Assembly: GCA_040768125.1 (NCBI GenBank)
Contig: JAXGNG010000002.1
Location: 359,291-423,290, forward strand
Direction of reading: 5' to 3'
Source of the DNA: Spirochaetota bacterium
Lineage (GTDB): Bacteria; Spirochaetota; UBA4802; UBA5550
Length of the DNA: 64,000 nucleotides
Shown here in pieces: positions 58,226-64,000 of this stretch. The notes under the pieces are model-generated. The model made no database searches. It had not been told where the DNA came from and worked only from the letters and a program-made list of their open reading frames with translations. Every line of letters starts with the position of its first letter. The first letter of the stretch is position 1. The position numbers were made by a program, and so were the translations under genes.

Positions 58226-60250
58226 TCACTTCCGTATACGGCGGAAATACTCCTTCATGTGCTCCCTCGCGTTCAAAACGATATCGCGGTAACGTGCGGT
58301 GATTTCAGGCCGCGCGTGGGCGATGTTGCGCGTTTCCTGGGGGTCGTTTTCAAGGTCATAGAGCTCTTCGAGCATGTCCTTCATCCGGCAGATGTACTTC
58401 CATCGTCCGTCGGCGATCCCGAGAAAGTCATCCTTCCACGAGGTGTGAAGGAGGGCCATCTGGTCCTTTCTGGCGGCGAATATCGGAATGCCCTCCTGCC
58501 TGGGGTCCCGGGGGATTCCGAGGATATCGAGGACCGTGGGGAGGATGTCAATATGCCTCGTGATGCCCCTGTAGGCAACGTGTTTCGGGAACAGCTTCCT
58601 GTTGTAAATGAGGAAGGGGACGTGAACGTTTTCATCGTAGAGAAAGAGGGGATGATTATAGTTCATCCTGTGCTGGTAAAACGCCTCGCCATGGTCGGCG
58701 AAAAGGAAGAGAAGGGTGTTCTCCATGAGGCCCCTTGATTCCAGTTCGTCAATGAGCATGCCGAGGGAGTGGTCGGCGTAGTGGAGGGAGTTGAGATAAT
58801 TGTACCAGTTCCGTTTCTTATAGTCAATTCCATCCGGGATTTCTCCGGTGATCCGGAACGAGGTGTCCGGAATTGCGTAGGGATGGTGGGGATTGACCGG
58901 CATCAGGACCAGGAAATAGGGCTCGTTCCTGTTTTCCTCGATGAATTCGATCGATGGCCTGATCATGGCGCGCTCGTCGACTCCCCATCCGACCTGCCGG
59001 TTGTAGGGCGGGATTCGTATGAGCTGGTTGTAATCGATGATCCGGTCGAACTTCCTGTTCCGGAGAAACCGGTTCTGCCCGGCGTATCCCAGGCCACCCG
59101 TATGGATCAGGCAGGTCCGGTATCCGTGATCGTGCAGAATCTCGGGCATGGTGGGCAGTTCCAGGTCGGGGTGTTTCTGGATCGCCATGTCCTTGGAATA
59201 GAGGCCGTACGCCGAGGTGAAGACCGAGAGGAGCGCGTTTGCCGAGAGGGGATAGTTGCAGTAATGTTTCTTGAAAAAGACGCTGGTCCTTTCAAGCCGG
59301 TGCCACGAGGGGACCACGGGCCTTCCATTGATTTCCATGTCGTAGTACTTCGCGGGCATGGATTCGAAGAAGTAGAGGATGATATTGTAGCGGTCGTTCC
59401 GGGGGATCGCCCCGAGGCGCGGGTTCATCCGGGGTGATTCTATCGAATCCGTGGCGAATCTCCACGTGAATGGCGCGTCAACATCGCTCGATGATGCGGA
59501 GGGGGATTTTTTTTCTTCGCCCGCGAAGAGATTGGCCAGGGGGTGCATTGAAAATTCTCGGAGCATTGAAATCACCGCGGGTGCTTTTACGGCGCCGTGG
59601 CGCGAAGCAATGCGTACGGGAGCCGATGAATCCGTGGCCAGAGACAGCAAGCACAGGATGGATATCGCGGCGGGAGGAAGAAGCCTCAGGACCTGTACCG
59701 TCCTGGTTATGCCGTCCGCACGTCCCGCGTCTCGGGCAAAGCGGGATTCACGCATGATGAGGGCGATATTCAATCCGGTGCCGAGGGCGGCGAGGAGGAA
59801 GAATACAATATAAAAGTCAAGGGTGAATTCCGAGCGCGCTGATTCGACAATGTTGCCCAGGGAGGTGAAATGCTCTCTCCCCGCGTATGACGTCTGGAAT
59901 GTCGTCTCGTAAACCCTGAAAAAATGCAGCGAGAAGAGCATGAAAAAGGAATAGATCGTCTGGATGATGGCCAGGATGCCGCATGAAATCCAACCGGGTT
60001 TTCCCGTGACCATCGCGAGGATGAGAAGGAAAAGAAGCGTTCCGAGCAAGGTAAGGCTGTCAGTGCCGAGCGTGAGGGCAAGGTATTCCGGCAGGCCTGC
60101 CAGTATTCCCGGGTAGATCGATTCGATCTGCCTGTAGACGCTGATTCGGTACAGTCCGTGGACCAGCAGGACGAAGGCTCCGTTCGCGAGAAAGAGGACC
60201 AGGATCGAATCGTAGCGCGTGACCAGCTTTTGCAGGGATTTCCACGTCAT
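58226..60250 (-). CDS. LTA-synthase / phosphoglycerol-transferase-like sulfatase-family membrane protein
   Basis: N-terminal polytopic TM domain followed by an alkaline-phosphatase-superfamily domain (FLFADHGEAF; metal-ligand His/Asp pattern). Confidence 0.75.
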   Translation of the reverse strand: MTWKSLQKLVTRYDSILVLFLANGAFVLLVHGLYRISVYRQIESIYPGILAGLPEYLALTLGTDSLTLLGTLLFLLILAMVTGKPGWISCGILAIIQTIYSFFMLFSLHFFRVYETTFQTSYAGREHFTSLGNIVESARSEFTLDFYIVFFLLAALGTGLNIALIMRESRFARDAGRADGITRTVQVLRLLPPAAISILCLLSLATDSSAPVRIASRHGAVKAPAVISMLREFSMHPLANLFAGEEKKSPSASSSDVDAPFTWRFATDSIESPRMNPRLGAIPRNDRYNIILYFFESMPAKYYDMEINGRPVVPSWHRLERTSVFFKKHYCNYPLSANALLSVFTSAYGLYSKDMAIQKHPDLELPTMPEILHDHGYRTCLIHTGGLGYAGQNRFLRNRKFDRIIDYNQLIRIPPYNRQVGWGVDERAMIRPSIEFIEENRNEPYFLVLMPVNPHHPYAIPDTSFRITGEIPDGIDYKKRNWYNYLNSLHYADHSLGMLIDELESRGLMENTLLFLFADHGEAFYQHRMNYNHPLFLYDENVHVPFLIYNRKLFPKHVAYRGITRHIDILPTVLDILGIPRDPRQEGIPIFAARKDQMALLHTSWKDDFLGIADGRWKYICRMKDMLEELYDLENDPQETRNIAHARPEITARYRDIVLNAREHMKEYFRRIRK

Positions 60251-60361
60251 TTGATGACCTGCCGTTTTTCAATGCCGTGCATGCCGGCGGGATTGCAGGT
60301 TACAAAGAGCCGGGCCCCGCCTTCAGGTCAAGCATTTTGCGCGGGGTTCACGACAGTCGTT

Positions 60362-61273
60362 TCATGCTTTAAAGGCGTAAAGAACCATCGAACTGGTCAT
60401 AGCGAAGTCACCCATGTGGATTTTACCGAGCCAGTGATAGGCCGCGATGCGGGCCCAGGAGCGGTAATCCAGGAGTGAACGGAAATTTCCCCGGGATTTC
60501 TTCAGTTTCGGAATAAGGCCGAATTCAACGGGATGAAAGCTTCGTACCCTGGCGAATCCGCAGCGGAAGAGGGCTTCTGTGAGGTTGCGCCTGGAAAAAT
60601 AGGAGAGGTGACCGGGCATGAAATAGGCGTAGCGATCCCTCAGGAGCCTTGCCTGTAATCCCGCCATGTTCGCGGTCTGTATAACCAGTATTCCGCCGCT
60701 GACCAGAAGGTCGTGGCATTCAACGAGTGCGGAAACGGGGTCCGGGATGTGTTCAAGAAGCTCGATCATTGTGATGGCGGAAAAGAAATTCTTCGGGAAG
60801 GGATGGTCTTCCAGCGTGCCGATATGCATGGCGTCGCCGAATTCACTCCGGGCGAATTTTCCGGAGTATGAGGACAGCTCGATGCCATGGGGGACGAAGT
60901 AGGGTCGCGCCGTCCTGAGAAGTCCGCCGAAGGAAGCCCCCACGTCGAGGATGCTCCCCGGAGGCGCGAAACGCCTCAGGATGGAGATCCTTTTTTCCCA
61001 CACGTGACGCGCGAATTTTTCCGAGACCCTTTCATCGAGGTATGAATAATCAGATTCGCCGGTGTAATAACCCTCCCGGTAGAGCTCCATGATTTCATCG
61101 GAGGACGGGCGGGGATTCCTGAAAAGGAAACCGCAGTCGGCGCAGCAGTCAATCATAAAGGGAGGTTCGTAGCGGGTGATTCGGTACCGGGTCCCGATTT
61201 CGGACCCGCCGCAGAGGGGGCACCTTGCCAGCGTGATTCCTGCACTATTTTCTCTCGCGTTCGTATCGGGCAT
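60362..61273 (-). CDS. class I SAM-dependent methyltransferase with an N-terminal zinc ribbon
   Basis: CPLCGG...CCADCGF zinc ribbon, then methyltransferase motif I ILDVGASFGGL and downstream post-I/II motifs. Confidence 0.7.
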   Translation of the reverse strand: MPDTNARENSAGITLARCPLCGGSEIGTRYRITRYEPPFMIDCCADCGFLFRNPRPSSDEIMELYREGYYTGESDYSYLDERVSEKFARHVWEKRISILRRFAPPGSILDVGASFGGLLRTARPYFVPHGIELSSYSGKFARSEFGDAMHIGTLEDHPFPKNFFSAITMIELLEHIPDPVSALVECHDLLVSGGILVIQTANMAGLQARLLRDRYAYFMPGHLSYFSRRNLTEALFRCGFARVRSFHPVEFGLIPKLKKSRGNFRSLLDYRSWARIAAYHWLGKIHMGDFAMTSSMVLYAFKA

Positions 61274-61287
61274 AGGGACCCCGTGTG

Positions 61288-61932
61288 TCAGGCCCGGGCG
61301 CGGATGACCCAGTGAGAGATGACGGTGCCGGTATCGCCGACAAGGGTCCTTTCCATGAGCCCGTACCTGAATTCCGCGAAAACCGAGAACGCGGATGCCA
61401 TTTCTTCTTCGGTATAAAAGGAAGCGATCGCTCCACTGATGTCATCGACCCCCGTGCGCCAGGTGTCACCGCCCAGGTGGGTGCCCTTTTTCATGTGGGT
61501 ATCTCGCGAGGAGCGCAGCGTCGCGAAGAGATGCCCGCCCCGTGAGAGTATTCTCGATATTTCTGAAAGCATGACGGGGAGATCGTCTTTGCCGGAGTAG
61601 TGCAGGGAACCCCAGGCGATGACGATGTCGGCGCTCTCATCATTGAAGGGAAGACGCGTTATCTCCCCGCACACGAGGTTCGCCCGCGTGTGATTACGCG
61701 CGAGCGCCAGGGCGTTGAAACTCGCGTCGAGGCCGGTGATCCGGGAAATCCCGATGTCATCAAGAAGCCGGAGGTGACGCCCCCCCCCGCAGCCGAGATC
61801 GAAAGCCCATAACCTCTCCGCGGTCTCCGGAGACGGGACGTGTTTCTTAAGAAGGCGCACCAGGTTTTCGTCGGGATATGACAGGTCCGAGCGTTCCCTT
61901 CGATAGTGTTCGTCCCACTCGCGAGTATCCAA
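61288..61932 (-). CDS. class I SAM-dependent methyltransferase
   Basis: Motif I AFDLGCGGGRHL and a Type-11-like core; 214 aa. Confidence 0.7.
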   Translation of the reverse strand: MDTREWDEHYRRERSDLSYPDENLVRLLKKHVPSPETAERLWAFDLGCGGGRHLRLLDDIGISRITGLDASFNALALARNHTRANLVCGEITRLPFNDESADIVIAWGSLHYSGKDDLPVMLSEISRILSRGGHLFATLRSSRDTHMKKGTHLGGDTWRTGVDDISGAIASFYTEEEMASAFSVFAEFRYGLMERTLVGDTGTVISHWVIRARA

Positions 61933-61935
61933 CGT

Positions 61936-63165
61936 TCACTTGATCCTGATATTGTAGCTTTCCGCGGCGATTCCCGCACGTTCGACGGCCTCGTCGAGGG
62001 TGCGTCCCGTTACCGCGACGACACCGATCCGGTCATGATTGGTGGTGGGCTCACTGATGGGTGAACCGATTTCCTTGAATATCCTCGAAAAGAGAATTCC
62101 CCTGACCTTGCGGGGCCCTTCGGGATTGAATGAGGCAAGGACCCCGGGCGTCCCGGTGATATATTTCACCACGACCGGCTTCTGGCGCGCGGAACCGGGG
62201 GGTGCGAATCCGCGGCCCGACATGGATTGTATCGATTCACGAATGATATGGTACCCGTTATGGGCCGGGATAAGCACATCAGGGATGAATTCGCCCCCGA
62301 ACTCGGGGACGGCCTCGATGATGCAGGGGCCCGTTTCGGAGATGACGCATTCCATGATGAGGGGCGATGAGACGATCCCGAAGGCATCCGCGATTTTCTG
62401 GCCCATTCCCGATATCGACTCAGCCAGGGCGCTGTGACGCGACGGCGCCGCGTGCATGGTGTCGACGAAATAGGGCGGGGGCGACGTTATCTTGTCAGTC
62501 ATGGCCGCGAGGTGATAGGTGCCTTCATGGATAACCCCCGCCGCGATTATTTCATCACCGGGGATGAAGCGCTCAAGGATGATGTCCGAATCCCCCGCCA
62601 TGAGGGGAACGACGTGACGCCTGAACTCGGGGAGACTCTCGATGAGGCGGACATTCATCTTGGCGTGGCCGATAGCGGGTTTCATGACGATCGGGAAGGC
62701 CTGTTCGGGGATCGTGAGATTCCCGTCGCGGGATGAAACCGGAACCGCCGGTGGAGTCGGCAGTGAATGTTTGCGCAGGATAGACTTCATCTTTCGCTTG
62801 TTAAGGAAAATACCCGCCGAAGAAAAGGGGAGGAAGGGTAGCCTGAACTTTTCGGCGAGGTACGCCGTGGTCTGCATGGCGGGTCCGTAAGACTTGGTCA
62901 TTATCCCGAGGATCTCGCCGTCCACGAGGAGTTCCAGGAGCTTTTTATGAATGGCCGCGTGGTTGCTGATGGATTCCTGGATTTTAAGGTCGCAGTGGCA
63001 GAAGCCGGGAGCCGAGGCGTTTGTATCTACCCCGATCACCTGGAATCCCAGTTTTTTGGCTTCCCTGATGAGCGGTAACTGGTTCAGGCCGGCGCCAATT
63101 GAAACGAACAACTGGATTGGCTGATGTGTGCGCATGCGCGAGAACATGGCGTATACTCCGACCAT
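61936..63165 (-). CDS. ATP-grasp domain protein
   Basis: Rossmann-like N-domain (LFVSIGAGLNQLPLIREAKKLGFQVIGVD) then ATP-grasp core (FPIVMKP...ERFIPGDEI). Lies 3 nt upstream of the next methyltransferase. Confidence 0.65.
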   Translation of the reverse strand: MVGVYAMFSRMRTHQPIQLFVSIGAGLNQLPLIREAKKLGFQVIGVDTNASAPGFCHCDLKIQESISNHAAIHKKLLELLVDGEILGIMTKSYGPAMQTTAYLAEKFRLPFLPFSSAGIFLNKRKMKSILRKHSLPTPPAVPVSSRDGNLTIPEQAFPIVMKPAIGHAKMNVRLIESLPEFRRHVVPLMAGDSDIILERFIPGDEIIAAGVIHEGTYHLAAMTDKITSPPPYFVDTMHAAPSRHSALAESISGMGQKIADAFGIVSSPLIMECVISETGPCIIEAVPEFGGEFIPDVLIPAHNGYHIIRESIQSMSGRGFAPPGSARQKPVVVKYITGTPGVLASFNPEGPRKVRGILFSRIFKEIGSPISEPTTNHDRIGVVAVTGRTLDEAVERAGIAAESYNIRIK

Positions 63166-63471
63166 TGATGGGCAACGTCAACCAGAATACGGGCCATGAT
63201 ACGCAAAGTCAATATCTATTACGGGACAAGACGGGTGGCGGTGAGTAAAGTGATCTTCCGGCACCGTTAGTCACGGAAGTGTGTCCGGGGGCAGAGCGGG
63301 ACGGGGTAAATATATAATATGCAAATTAAAATAAAGCGCCCGTCTCACGCCGTGTCAGGTCATGGTCCGGGTTAACGATCGGGGTTTATGATTGAGAGGT
63401 CCGTAAATATTTTACATGCTGTGATGAAAAAATCGTTTCAAATTATCCACGTCGTGCGATAATAATGTATA

Positions 63472-63508
63472 TTGACATTGACGGCGCATCAGGATGCCGT
63501 CAAAATGG
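63472..63508 (+). promoter_or_regulatory. promoter-like TTGACA/TTGACG -35 overlapping an inverted repeat TTGACGGCGCATC|AGGATGCCGTCAA (candidate operator), upstream of the mcsA-like gene
   Basis: Near-perfect palindrome TTGACGGC..GCCGTCAA; the first 18 nt are shared with 27772–27790. Confidence 0.4.
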
Positions 63509-63578
63509 CATGGACGGCCTGCAAAGGCTCTGTGCGCTCAACGCGAAAAACGGAAAGGAAGGTTGCAGCGAAAGGACC

Positions 63579-64000
63579 ATGTATTGCGAACGATGCAGAG
63601 AAAGCGAGGCGACCATTCACCTCACGGAAATCATTAAGGATGTGAAATCCGAACTGCATCTCTGTGAGAAGTGCGCCCGCGATATAGGGCTTAATGCGAA
63701 ACTCTCGAACTTTTCCCTTTCGATCCCGGAGATGCTTTCGTTCCTTGACGTGAACGAGATCGAGGGGTGCCCTGAGGGGAGCGCCTGCGCAACCTGCGGG
63801 GTAACATTCCTGGACTACAGCCGGGAGGGCAGGCTCGGATGCCCTGATTGCTACGAGTACCTCGGCGCGTCCCTTCACTCCGTTATCGCGGGATACCACG
63901 GAGCTACGCGACATGCGGGCAAGCATCCCCTTGCCGCTGATGATTCCGGCGCCTGTGTCCGTCCATCCGGGGATGGCATGCGGCCCGCGAGGATGAAGGC
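63579..64000 (+). CDS. McsA-like UvrB/UvrC-motif zinc-finger protein (3' end outside the window)
   Basis: MYCERCRESEATIHLTEIIKDVKSELHLCEKCAR and a second CxxC pair (CATCG...CPDCY), as in McsA/YacH-type proteins. The frame is open to the window end. A GGAAAGGA ribosome-binding site precedes it. The antisense ORF 63489..63926 is rejected. Confidence 0.6.
   Translation, partial: MYCERCRESEATIHLTEIIKDVKSELHLCEKCARDIGLNAKLSNFSLSIPEMLSFLDVNEIEGCPEGSACATCGVTFLDYSREGRLGCPDCYEYLGASLHSVIAGYHGATRHAGKHPLAADDSGACVRPSGDGMRPARMK

Noticed and set aside
63489-63926. 145-aa minus-strand ORF near the window end
   Set aside because: The opposite (+) strand encodes a McsA-like protein with paired CxxC motifs and a good ribosome-binding site, so the minus frame is the shadow.
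1-64000. CRISPR arrays, rRNA genes, prophage or integrase modules
   Set aside because: No regularly spaced direct-repeat arrays, no rRNA-like conserved stretches, and no integrase, capsid or terminase-like ORFs were seen. The IS30 element is the only mobile element.

Overview
This 64 kb window is high-GC (~60%) bacterial chromosomal DNA from an apparently anaerobic organism; I make no taxonomic claim beyond that. It is densely coding on both strands, with about 58 protein genes, one tRNA-Pro(GGG), one IS30-family insertion sequence, and no rRNA or CRISPR array. The core content is central metabolism and housekeeping. It includes an archaeal-type shikimate entry pair aroA'/aroB', a co-directional gltA–PFOR–Ldh_2 dehydrogenase module, the anaerobic glycerol-3-phosphate dehydrogenase genes glpA–glpB–glpC with yjbQ and tatD downstream, ugd, pgi, asd, pheST, uvrC, hslO, pcm, tatA and yhbY, and a tungsten-type aldehyde:ferredoxin oxidoreductase behind a MarR gene. 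It also carries signalling genes: two SpoIIE/PP2C phosphatases, a REC–GHKL serine-kinase fusion, a GAF-GGDEF cyclase, a CYTH protein and a PTS-EIIA-like zinc-ribbon fusion. The accessory and unexplained content is an IS30 element in an AT-rich patch, several orphan proteins, two tandem paralogous lipoproteins, and a four-gene candidate envelope-modification operon (ATP-grasp, two methyltransferases, LTA-synthase-like). A radical-SAM/secreted Cys-rich protein/Hsp33 operon is also unexplained. A ~270-nt terminator-bounded noncoding interval precedes gltA. A shared 18-nt promoter-like motif sits in front of two small zinc-ribbon genes. The 640-aa orphan protein and several small noncoding elements are the least explained parts. 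All calls rest on recognition of protein motifs and sequence features by eye; no database search was possible.
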